DNA from: Phoronis australis
Lineage: Eukaryota; Animalia; Phoronida
Length of the DNA stretch: 64,000 nt
Assembly (NCBI GenBank): GCA_002633005.1
Contig: NMRA01000298.1
Location: 282,312-346,311 of the forward strand
Direction of reading: 5' to 3'
In this document: positions 53,426 through 64,000 of the stretch, one piece after another
Layout: the number at the start of each line of letters is the position of its first letter
Numbering within the stretch: the first letter of the stretch is position 1
The notes under the pieces: model-generated
What the model was told of the DNA's origin: nothing
Seen by the model: the letters and a program-made list of their open reading frames with translations, nothing else
Database searches by the model: none
Position numbers and translations under genes: made by a program

Positions 53426-56400
53426 TAGTCGGTGGGCCAAATCTCATAGCGTTCACCCTTGTGAGTACTTTGGGGGGGGCAACCTAGTTTTTTCTATGTG
53501 GCTAGATAATATGACTAAAAATCAAACTCCAAAAAGTTCCCACGTCTACACTTGCACATTTTTTAAAAAAAAGGTGTTTTTGTTGCACAAAATATGATGC
53601 ATATTCCTGCCACTTGATGGCGCTTTTCTAGTGAATTGACCAATCAGAGAGCCAGATTGTATTGTTGTGCTTAGTTACTTCAATATGGCTGCTCCCATGG
53701 AATGTGATGTCTGTATAATTCAAGGTTTATCAAACAGCACAAAATTGTGATGTCAGAGCCTAAAGAAGCTTAGGAAAGCTTCCTGACGAAAGCTGATTGA
53801 CTGTGGAACTCTGTAGATCAGTAGATCAAAAAGAAGAAGAGGTGTCACAAACGTTTGTGCAGAAAACAGCTGCATGCCCTGGTAGCCTACACAGTATACT
53901 GCTGAGTGCTATAGACTAGAATACCAAGTGTCAGACCAGAAAATTGAAAGGACATAGAACGGCATAGCAACGTTTCAAGGCACCAACAGTAGTACTAAAG
54001 CTGAAGTTGCTGAAAGTGATACAGATGTTATCCAAGATTTCCCAAGAAAATCAATCACTTCCAAAATCTGAAACACCCAATTAACCTGAACAAGATAGGA
54101 ACATTCTGAAACATGAGTGCATCATTTGTTAGCAGGAAAAGTACATTATGGGCCACATTTCAAGAAAGAGAAAGAAGTATAGCTTTCAAAAACAGGTACG
54201 TGTTTTTTAAAAATACATTTTGGTGTTTTCCACGTGTGATTCAGTATTATCACCAGTTGTTTTTTAACTTGTTCAGCCCCTTGACTGCCTAGGCCTTAGA
54301 CAATACTGCTGACCCAGTAGAGACGATGATCATACTATAGGTACTTCATATGCCGGATACTTTTCGGCAAATTATGTTCCTATAAGTTTAGAAGTACCGC
54401 GTAGAGAGATGCCTCTGAGGAGGTCGTTAATGTTTTCATTTGTTCCCAGTTTAAACAAATACTCCTGCAATCCTGTTTTTCGAACACTCCATTCAGTTGC
54501 CACATCGACACTGCTTGCGCTAAGGGATAATCCTATGGCGTTATACTGTGGGTGTGATTTTAAAGCACTTTAAGTCTAAAATTTTTGAGAAGGTTAAATG
54601 GAGTAGATAGTTGCAAACAACATGCCCAAGTGGCCGTCATCCCCTGCCGTAGTCTCAATTTTTTGTAAACATTAATTACTTAGGTAGCAGCTGCAATGAT
54701 AATTAAATTAAAGTGCCTAAGTGGCCATCGTCGCCGTCGAAATTTGAGGACGATGGAAGCCACTGTCCATTTCGTCAAACGTCGATTACCTTAAGTGTAA
54801 ATCGATTGACTATGGTTTGAGCATCTGATTTAAAAAAAATTAAATTTCAATCACTGCACAGGTATATCAGCTGATTTATTTTCAGCTGCATCTACTGATC
54901 TAATTATTAGACGATCAACATTATTAGGCTACAGATCAAACGGCATGTAAATTTGTTAGGCTGGTGGTGGATCAGCTCCTGATACGTCCGTCTGAAAAAG
55001 TTGCATGCCAACTCACTCATAGTTGAATGTTAAATTAGTGTTAACAGTTCGGGTTTTTTTCAGTTGGACTTGTATCGCAAGCAACAGCTCAGTCCAGAGC
55101 CCTGAATATGCAAATGAAATTCAAAGATAAAGACCTTGTGTCTTAGAAGCCAAGTACCACAGATCATCATGCTGTAAAAAAGAGAAAGACAAAGATTGTG
55201 GAGAGTGACGAATCCCCAGTTTTCAGAGATGTTTTTCTACAGTTTTGTTTGGAGTTCATTGAATCAAAGCTTCTAGCACATGGAGATGTCATTTGCCTTT
55301 CAAAAATAAAGCAAGACTTTGAAGCTGTTCTTCAGAAAGCTGGTGTGCATGAAGTTATTTGGACAGGCAATCTTAAGAAATATTGTTGAAGCTACTCACT
55401 GTTGTAGTTTGTGCCTGACTAAGAGATACGAAAGTGAATTGAGGCTAGTGTTCAATAATTCACTTGCTGACTCTAATTAACACAGCCCATTGTAACATAT
55501 TTTGAATCAAACGTTTGCCCAAATAGTGCCCGCCTCCAAACAAGGACTTAGTGTTTGACCCTTCATTGCCTGCGGGCTAATCACCAGTGTGCAGTGCTGT
55601 ACCCTCTCTAATCGACCATAGTTGGCTCCTTGGCGGTGGAGCTTTGCAGTTAATATGTATGGCAATGACCGCATCTCCATTGACAGTACTAAACGATGAA
55701 CGCTGCAAGTGCAAAAAGAACATGTGTGCTGGGAAACTGAGTTTGTGCTGCAATGCTGGGTCAAACTGTACAGAAATGTGCAGCTGTGACAACTGTAGTA
55801 ACATCAGCAACACTGACTGCATAACATTGGATAGTTCTTTGACAGGCCAACCCTAAATAGACCTCCAACCCCGTTATTTCCTTTTTTGTATTAAAAAGTT
55901 AATTTTATTTGTTGATTAAGTCATAGAAAGTACATACTTTGATCATTGTCATGTATTTGTCTCATACTGCTTAATAAACGCTGTCAGAATAATCTATTTT
56001 AATACAGTCTTTGTGCACATTCACAGAGATCATTCAACTATATTGTTTTTGTACTATAACATATTTCTGGTGTATTATGCAAACAAGCTGTATTTTACAC
56101 CATTAGTCAATGTTTTAGTCATTGAGGCACAAATTTTGCCCAGTCTCAAGTGTTTTGTGTTATTTTTGTTGCCTGACAATGCCAGAATAACTTCCTAGAA
56201 ACATTCAGACTTAGTTTGTATTTTTGCCACTAGGTGTCTCTTTACGTTTTTTAAATTTCACTGTTTACAATTAATTTACAATAGTAAAACATGTAATGTG
56301 AGTGTAATATTGTTCAATACAATGGCACTGATGGGACCATATTACTTGTTTTACAAAAAAGTCACCAAAACTGTTGTTTTTACAAATATAAGTTTACTAA

Positions 56401-56590
56401 GCTCTTTGGTGATTATTAGGTAACTTCAAACTCAAATTTCTCAAAAATGTGCAACTTTATATGTGGGAACTTTTTAGATTTTGAAAACACTCTAATAAAT
56501 GAACTAAAAAACACCAAAATAAAATTGCCCTCATAAAGTACTCACAAAAACCAATTTCTAGAGGCCCTACAAAATCTGGCCCACCGACTA
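53426..56590 (+). mobile_element. Academ-superfamily DNA transposon, internally deleted and non-autonomous
   Basis: TIR TAGTCGGTGGGCCA(A/G)AT with TAG...CTA termini and ATG 3-bp TSD. Transposase relics LEAKYH (55143-55160), LHCLRANHQ (55561) and C-terminal CKCKKNMCAGKLSLCCNAGSNCTEMCSCDNCSN. Confidence 0.82.
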
Positions 56591-59500
56591 ATGTTTTTGC
56601 ACTATCCGAAAACGCTTCGACTCAGACAACAGAATGAAAAGTAGGTCACAACTGCCCGTGGGACTCCCCGAGTAAAGTAGGTCGAGTCGATACCACTGTT
56701 AACGGTTTTCTATTCTTCAAACGAAATATTGCGATTAAAAAACTCAGGTTTATAGTTCAAGTACACACTCATCTTGTCCAAGGCAAGCTGTTACCTCAGG
56801 TAGTTCTAAAGGTGTGTCCAAGTCAAAGTTATGTACGTAATTGCACCATTAAGACATTTAAGTTAGGTTTACCTTCTGAAAATATTCGCATTTTTGTAGT
56901 TTCACCGCACTTAAGGTAGCTTGCAGTTACTTTTAAACGTGACATCAACATTAAACTGTGATGTGGTTACAAAAAATGACGAGTCTGGTGCAGTGGCAGA
57001 ATGTCTATTTACAAAAATAAATTAGATTCCTTTTTTATTGCTTCAAGCTTCATAACTCGAAATATCATGTATTAACAACCTCAAAATGAGCTTTCTGTAA
57101 CCCTACAGGCGAAGTGTATACTAGAGGTTCTCATCAAAAAGTAATTCAACTGTTTATTTTTTCGTTTTTCGTGACAACAGCTCGAACAAAGCTTTGAGTT
57201 CAGTAATCCAGTGGCCCTCCCTGTACCGATCGAATCTCTCAATTTTAGAAAAAAGTTCAGTTGAACGCCAGCTTACGGGTATATGAATGACAAAAATGTT
57301 CCTCTGCTACGAAACAAAACGATGTTTATAGATCGAAATAACTAAAAATAGTAAAAACATAAAAACAATTTCCAGGGCTATTGCTAGACTATAGTGCTGA
57401 GGTGCCGAGAGGGCGGCCAGAGGAGTAAAACTCCCGAGTCAAAATCAGACGACCCTACACTATAGTCACCAAACTGAAGAGTGTGTGCTTTGGAACAAAT
57501 ATATTTGTGTTTAATCTTCGAGTAATCAAGCAACATTGCCAAGTTCAGCTGCTCGTATACGTGGCCGTAATTCGTACACTTTGATATATAGTTTAAACCT
57601 TTCCACATCACGTTTCGGGTTAGGATATGACCAGAAAATGACGAAATATTCCTATCGAGCTGCATAACGGCTGTCAGAATTACACACGCTTTATCAACAC
57701 CGTATCACCATTCTTATCACGCAATTTCTTGAGCTATAGACTAAAATAAATTTTACACGACAACGTGTTGTTTGTCGGTTAAAATGACGGCTAAGAAAAG
57801 CAGACGAAGGTGTGTCAAGAATGCTCGGTTCTGATTGGTCAATTAAGCCTTCAGTCGTAATCCTGGCGATAGGTGACAGGTCGATTATTATATATACTCG
57901 GGAACCCAATGGTCGTCCGCCTAAGCATAAAACCGACTTGCTGTTGTACTCACCGAATTATTCCACTTCAAAGTTATGATCTGAATAGGATTCGATTTAA
58001 CTCTCACAGATATACCGCATTCATCGATTCGGAAGTTTTCTTTAATTTGTGCCGAGTTATTTCAAATGTGCACTGCCTTCGGCAGCCATTTTATTGTGAC
58101 ACCTAAGGTCGTCATATGCTGCCCCCTTTTGTAAAAACTGAGAAACATGCAGAAAAAGGCCAACGAAGTAATGAAAATTGCAACAGCCTGTTTTTATTGA
58201 CATAAACTCGATTTGAAGCTTTGATGTTGAGCTCTGCACTGTGGTTTCCAATAAAAGCCAATTGGACAACATTTCAATGCAGTTTAATGGTGAATGCGTG
58301 AGGCAAAAATGTTAAGAACCCAGCGTATCGCATTTGTCTGCGGATTTTTCCTTTGGCCTTCTAGATCCTACTAGTGCCTGGGACAAACAGATACATTGCA
58401 TAAACAAACCCTGGATCATGTTTTGTGTCCCGTCGGAAGAAAATTTAAATTCGAAAACATCTTCTGAAAACGCACAAAAAAGTGTATTAGTAAAATCTAC
58501 TGATTTTTAAGTGGTTTTAAAAAACAATCGGTAAACTCACCGATTTTTGTCTCATTACTTTGATACGTGTCTCTTCCGATAAGTTAGTACCTAACGTGCA
58601 GACGAGCACTCCAAATTGGAACGCTAAGTCCCGTGTGGTTGCGCTGCACGCGAAACAAGATGGCGGACGACCTTTGGAGCCTGACGACAATAGGTAACCG
58701 GACTATATCGGTTTGAATCAATGCTGTGCAACTTAGTGGCCATGATTATTATTTTTGGCGTCGGGCGCCTTCTAACTGTTTGAAGATTCATCATCATGTT
58801 TGCAGGTGTTTACCCCTGAGGAAAGCATGACCGACATAAATTCTTGAAGAAGTCCATGCAGAGCATCACAGCTGCAATTTTAGCTTTTTTCTCGAGTTCT
58901 TTACCTAATGAGGTACAGAACAGTTCTCACAGGGTTTTGCCTATCAGAACACACGTCAATGGACTCTACCCTTTCTTCACTCTGTCAAAAACTGCATGCA
59001 AAGAACGAAAAGTTTTGAGTCATTTCATATCAGAAGCACTACAGATGAGCACAGAAACTTTATTCTTTCTTGAATTTTTAACCCTTTCACTCCCACTGAA
59101 AACCAAGCTAGACTAAAAAATTGGAGCAAAAAATGCAAAATCGGCGATTTTCACCCTAAAACCACCACTTCCCTGCCGATGCTCGACCAAAGCCAGCATT
59201 ATATTCCGAAAGCAAATTTCCTTCAGATTCCAAAAATTTGGTCCAAAAGTACTGTCAACCAAATAGTTCATTTTTTTGCAAATCTGGCTTGTTTGAGGGC
59301 TACCCGAAATCTCTGCCAATTTCTCAGTTGCTACACAGCAATTCACAATTTGCAACAGAGGGCCACCACCTTGAAGAAGAGTGCAGCTACAACCGAGAAA
59401 GTGGCTTTTTTAATTCTCAGCATGTTCACAAATACAAACAAACTACATTCACTTGGCCTGCATACCTAATAAAAATACCCCCAAGCCTGGGCTACCCCTA

Positions 59501-60535
59501 GATTTTAATATTTTGGGAGTGTAAATTGGCCTCAGCTGCAGCCTAAATGTTCAGTGCCACGTATCTCTACGAAATCTAACATATCTCTGCTTGATGGATT
59601 TTAATAGAGACTATCGTGCAATTTCTGACAGATCCTTCTACTATAGCACCCTGTTCAGTTTTTTTTTCTCTCAATGTCCCAGATGGATCTTCACTAAATT
59701 TATCGTGTGCGTTTCTATTAAGTAGAGCACGACTGGTGTTCCTTTTTGAACAGATCAGACTACTGTGGTGCTCCCTTGTAGCAAATTGTTTGCCTTAACA
59801 TCTACCAATGTTGTTCGTGTATCTTCGTGAAAGCTAGCATATGATAAGTGCCGATTGACTAACGCACGCGTGGTGTTGAATTTGAACTGATCTGACAGTA
59901 GTGGCAAACTGACATTGTGTCTGCCTTGATATCAACCAAATTATTGACGGGTGTTAATAAAAATTTTCTTATTTTTTGCTAGCATGCACTAGAGAGAGGT
60001 ACACTATAGCTCAATTAGAGCACTCTGCCAGATTATGACAAACTGTGTTATTTTCTTAAAGTGTGTTTACGTAACGTATAGGCATTATACTGTGAATATG
60101 TAAGGTCAGTGAGATGAATTTATTGGAGTTTGTCAAGATCACGAAAGTTTTTGGTAAATATCCAACCATTCACGTATAACTTAAACAAAGCACGTACATG
60201 TAATCTCACTATCTTTCACTCGCAAAAATTTTCCGTTACAGAATGAGCCTTCGTGTTATACGAGAGATACATGTATCTCGAAAAAGCATACTGATTATAA
60301 AGAAATCAAAGCTACATGTAAGTCGTAAACACAAAGAAAATGTCAAGTAAATAATGATTGTATTTACCAATGGACCATGCACTAGATCTTTCCATTACAA
60401 CATCTGTGTAATAGGATAGATCACAGTAATACAACTTATCTCAATTAGCCCTGTTAGCAGTCTAAGCTACCACACAATGAGAACTATTTTCTCGACTTTG
60501 GTTATACTTGGCAGCTACGAAAACAATCCCAAGAC

Positions 60536-60694
60536 CAGTGGCGGATTTAGATGGGGACCAAGGGGGCCATGCCCTCCCCTAAAATTCTCCCACATTTCAT
60601 TGGGCAGTTCGGAGGTGCGAATGTTTGACGGGCAAAATCCTGGCTAATATGCTGCCCTGGCCCCCTCTAACTCAAAATTCTGGATCCGCCCCTG
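60536..60694. mobile_element. hAT-like MITE with 5-bp TSD AAGAC
   Basis: aagac|cagtggcggatttag ... ctggatccgcccctg|aagac. Internal aaaatcctggctaat is shared with 39857-39994. Confidence 0.82.
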
Positions 60695-61275
60695 AAGACA
60701 GTAAATAACTTGGACATTTTAAAAACTGAAAGCTATTGTCGAAGAAAGCCAATAAGTCTATCGAATACTGGCGCAGCTCTGACGAATAGATTTTAAAACA
60801 ATGCAGGTTGGTTGCAAAATAGATTATAGACAATAGATTCGCAACTCCGACATCTTCTTGCAAAATACCCTAGATGATGCGCCACCCTCTAAACCTAGCA
60901 AACTCAGCTTCGCTATACATGTAGTTTATTGAGCCGGAAAATTCTTGCATCTAATATACCAGTGACGGATTTAAAGGGGGCCATGAGGGCCGTGGCCTCC
61001 TAAAATTTTCTCAGATTCATTTTGGCAGTTCGGGGGTACGAATGTCTGACGAGCAAAATCCTGACTGAGTTCGGCATTGAAACGCCCGTCAAAGTCTTCC
61101 AGTAGTAGAGTCCAGAAATTTTGAGGGGAGCCGGTGTGCATTCAAGCTTTCATTTTTAATGAAACGTCCCGTGGAGCACATAAATTGCAAGATAGATTTT
61201 GGATAACCCTGGTGATTATTTCTGGAGTATCAATGTGAACTTAATTTAAGAAATAAACGCTTTACGAGCATTCAG

Positions 61276-61281
61276 TTTATT
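61276..61281 (-). terminator. Candidate polyadenylation signal of gene B
   Basis: AATAAA on the minus strand about 230 nt downstream of the stop codon. Confidence 0.5.
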
Positions 61282-61512
61282 TAACCATGTATGTGAGTTG
61301 GGCAAAATCGCCGATCCAAAGCCAGACGAAATCACCATGATTTGCACACGACGTACTTGCCGGAAATAAAACGTGCTCTCTCTGCCAGGTGTCGCTAGTG
61401 AATAGTGACGTCACTACTTAGCGTAAGACCACAGATTCCGTCCATTAAAAATATACGGAGTTGACACTTCATTTACTATAGTCTATGGCTGCAGCAAGTC
61501 ACTGCACTGGCG

Positions 61513-61658
61513 CTAGTCGACGGGGAATACTTCGTTGACCAACAGATGACTAGACGACTCCCAGCCAGTGTAAGCGTTGTTGTAGCTATGTCCAGGACAC
61601 GTCTGTACGTATAATCTAATGTTATAGCTCCCTGCTGGAAGTTCGCAGTATCCGCCAA
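61513..61658 (-). CDS. Gene B terminal exon: end of the last CTHRC1 C-terminal domain + stop
   Basis: acttttcag|(F)GGYCELPAGSYNIRLYVQTCPGHSYNNAYTGWESSSHLLVNEVFPVD* with TAG at 61513-61515. Phase 1 entry matches the preceding exon. This frame is not in the ORF track. Confidence 0.9.
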
Positions 61659-62004
61659 CTGAAAAGTAAAGAATTAGTATATATTCATGAGAAAATGGAT
61701 TATTTCAAAAAACATCTCAGGCTGCAACACGAGCTGGTTTCTACCCAAGTGATTGGTCTGCGTTCCGTTGACTCAAAACACTAGGGAATCACTATGCGAC
61801 AAGAACTGTTGCCACATAAAACTGAAGCACTGAACTGTAAGCCATGGTTCAACATTCCAGTTTCACCAGTCAGTCCTGACACTGGCCATCGTTTTCTACG
61901 GTACGCTATTAACAGAGTAACCAAACAAAATGCACTCGTTTTTCACTCGCGTAATTTTGTACGAATTTGCTTAACTTTGTTTTTCTTTCCTTCTTGCTTC
62001 TAGG

Positions 62005-63180
62005 GAATGCATCCCTGAACTTTTCACTAGCCTAGGTTGGTACGTGTAATCTGTGGTAATTTTAATTTCCTAAATAAGCAGAGTGGCCAATGCCTTATTT
62101 AAACAAATAAAGTTAATTTTTACACTTTTATAAAAGAAGTCTGTTAAATCTAACACCTCTCGGTTTTCCATTGCCTTTAATAAAAACTATAATACCAATA
62201 CAGAGTGATTTAAAATCTTGAGGCAGGAAATACGTTTAAGAACTCTTTGCACTATTTTATGGCTTCCACTTTCATTTCCGCTTGATCTGGTCAGAGAGGT
62301 TAGAACATGCAATTCTGTTTCGGCTTATCTTAATAGGAGTTAACAATTCTCTAATGGGAAATGACCCTCTTTAAACACGTCAAGTACACAGCCATGTCAC
62401 GTGCGACAATGGTGTGTGAAAGCGTCACAGCTTCGAGACGATACTCACAGATTGAAGCATGATGTTGATTATCGTCCACGTTGTCCGTCCTGTGGAACAA
62501 TCTTTGGTAAACTAGTGTTGAAATAGGTCCAGGTGTTGAACATTCGGCTCCGTTGAAGGTCAGGTACCACCGGGAACATCCGGGTGTGCTGTAGGACGAC
62601 TCGTACTGCCGCAGATTTCCGCTGTACTGTACCGCTAGCATACTCTGTGATGACTTCTTGGTGTATGTGACCGACTGCGTACGACATTAAATCTGTATGA
62701 ACATCTCACTGAATAACAACATGAGCGTTATATGCGATGTGCACCTGCTGGTCCTACTGAGATTGAGAGCCCTACCTGTTTCAAATACAGCAGTTCGTAT
62801 GAGGTTTGCAACACTGATTTTGACCTATGTGCAAGTGCAATTACGAATGCAGATACGGATTAAGGGGTCCAGTGTCCGATTGCATGAAACAGTCCCAAAT
62901 AGGGACTCAGACAAGTTCCCTAAGTCTACTGCGTATTTGCAAACTTCTGAAAACACTGATTGTCCTATCGTATGCTGTTTGAGTATCATTACTATGCCAA
63001 TTTTTGTTCCAAAAGAAATCGAGAGTGAACTCTACACTGAATTCTCAATATTTTTGAAAATAAGTGGTGATCTTTTCATGCAACGCCTCCAATTAAAGGA
63101 CTAAGTCCCTAACTACTCTGATTGAATTAAGGGCTCAGTTTTTAGTTATATCATTAGAAAATGCCATTGGTCAAACAAGA
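62005..63180 (+). repeat. Segmental duplication copy 2 (pairs with 1-1165)
   Basis: Begins gaatgcatccctgaacttttcactagcc as at position 1. Similarity ends near gccattggtcaaa. Confidence 0.93.
62449..62674 (-). CDS. Gene B (tandem copy) penultimate exon, equivalent to gene A exon 11
   Basis: Same splice sites as 409-634 and 4 nucleotide differences: 3 synonymous and one D>N (SGDLR vs SGNLR). Confidence 0.9.
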
Positions 63181-63313
63181 GCTCATAATGAAGATAAAAT
63201 TATAGAAAATATTACACCTGTACCTTAAGAACCAAATAAATACGAAAACGATTTAGGGAACTTAGTTGAGTCTCTATTTGGGACTGTTTCATGTAACCGG
63301 TCACTAGCCACCT
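62864..63313. mobile_element. Non-autonomous TIR element, Kolobok-like (TTAA site); truncated orthologous copy at 848-1165
   Basis: Left end ttaa|ggggtccagtgtccgattgcatgaaacagtcccaaatagggactc is the inverted repeat of right end gagtctctatttgggactgtttcatgtaaccggtcactagccacct|gtaa. Confidence 0.65.
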
Positions 63314-63737
63314 GTAAACACATCCCGAAACAAACATCTTTCGCATGTCCTTTGTAGGGCATTTTCCCTCAAGTTGTGTTTATACATGCACCTTTGCCAT
63401 CCTGGATCCGGTAGCATTACAAATATTTTTGATTTAAATATAGACTATAGTACATGGACCGCCAACTCCTTATACTTTCAATGGGCGAAATCTGTGACCG
63501 TGCGCACAAGCCCTGGCGTCATTATTCACTGGCGACACCTCGCCAAATTGGCAAGTTTTACTTCCGGCAAGTACGTTGTCTGCTAATCATTGTCAGCTGT
63601 TGTTCCCGTCACAACTGGGCTGGGTACTTATCTTTCTTACGAATGTTATACCTATAACTGTTTGAATTAATTGTACTTACAGTATCTCCATGATAGCAAG
63701 TAGCAGCATAAATTCAAGAAAATAACTACGGTTTTAA

Positions 63738-63785
63738 AACTTGACATGTTTCGGTGTCATTTATTAAACACCATCCTCAGAAGTC
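63738..63785 (-). ncRNA. Minimal type I hammerhead ribozyme (Penelope pLTR type)
   Basis: Minus-strand RNA GACUU-CUGAGGA-U-GGUGU-UUAAUAAAUG-ACACC-GAAA-CAU-GUC^AAGUU. Has stem I GACUU/AAGUU, CUGANGA core, stem II GGUGU/ACACC, GAAA, palindromic ACAUGU stem III and a GUC cleavage triplet. Confidence 0.88.
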
Positions 63786-63865
63786 ATAATACAGTGGCCA
63801 CCTAGCTAGGCCCAGTAACAAGTAATGAAGTACAGATACAGTCAGTTACAGGGAGTGACAATGAA

Positions 63866-64000
63866 CTAGACCAACAATGACAACCTGTGGTGTGTCAGTT
63901 GCCTATTGAGATTGGGCTTGCACCAACTGATATGTAAAGCCTCACGAATTTTAAGCTCCTTTGTTGTTACTGCCTGGTCTATTATTGCAAAGTCATTGAA
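63866..64000 (-). mobile_element. Penelope-like retroelement, 3' end of ORF (GIY-YIG endonuclease C-terminus), open at the right edge
   Basis: Minus frame FNDFAIIDQAVTTKELKIREALHISWCKPNLNRQLTHHRLSLLV* matches the PLE GIY-YIG tail F.I.d....L.i.EAl.I....P.LN. Followed about 80 nt later by a hammerhead ribozyme. Confidence 0.85.

Overview
Eukaryotic (animal) genomic DNA. It is AT-rich, has GT-AG spliced genes and is dense in transposons. The repeat types and strong TACATGTA enrichment suggest a marine invertebrate; the species cannot be determined. The main feature is a minus-strand gene of at least 11 exons that I assembled by hand (ATG at 25192, running off the left edge after 409), with every splice phase compatible. 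It encodes a secreted mosaic protein: signal peptide, PAN/apple domain, small Cys-rich module, CTHRC1 C-terminal domain, fibronectin type II, then two more CTHRC1 C-terminal domains. It has no collagen (Gly-X-Y) helix. The last two exons of a near-identical tandem copy lie about 62 kb away (62449-62674 and 61513-61658, with stop codon and AATAAA). An intron of that copy holds the 3' end of a Penelope-like retroelement (GIY-YIG C-terminus) carrying an intact minimal type I hammerhead ribozyme in the host-sense orientation. The rest is mostly mobile DNA: decayed LINEs (two Tx1/L1-type), an internally deleted Academ transposon, Kolobok-, Harbinger- and hAT-like MITEs, a foldback element built from AACTTAAGTT palindromes, and a (CTG)n microsatellite. 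All domain calls come from motif recognition by eye; no database searches were run.
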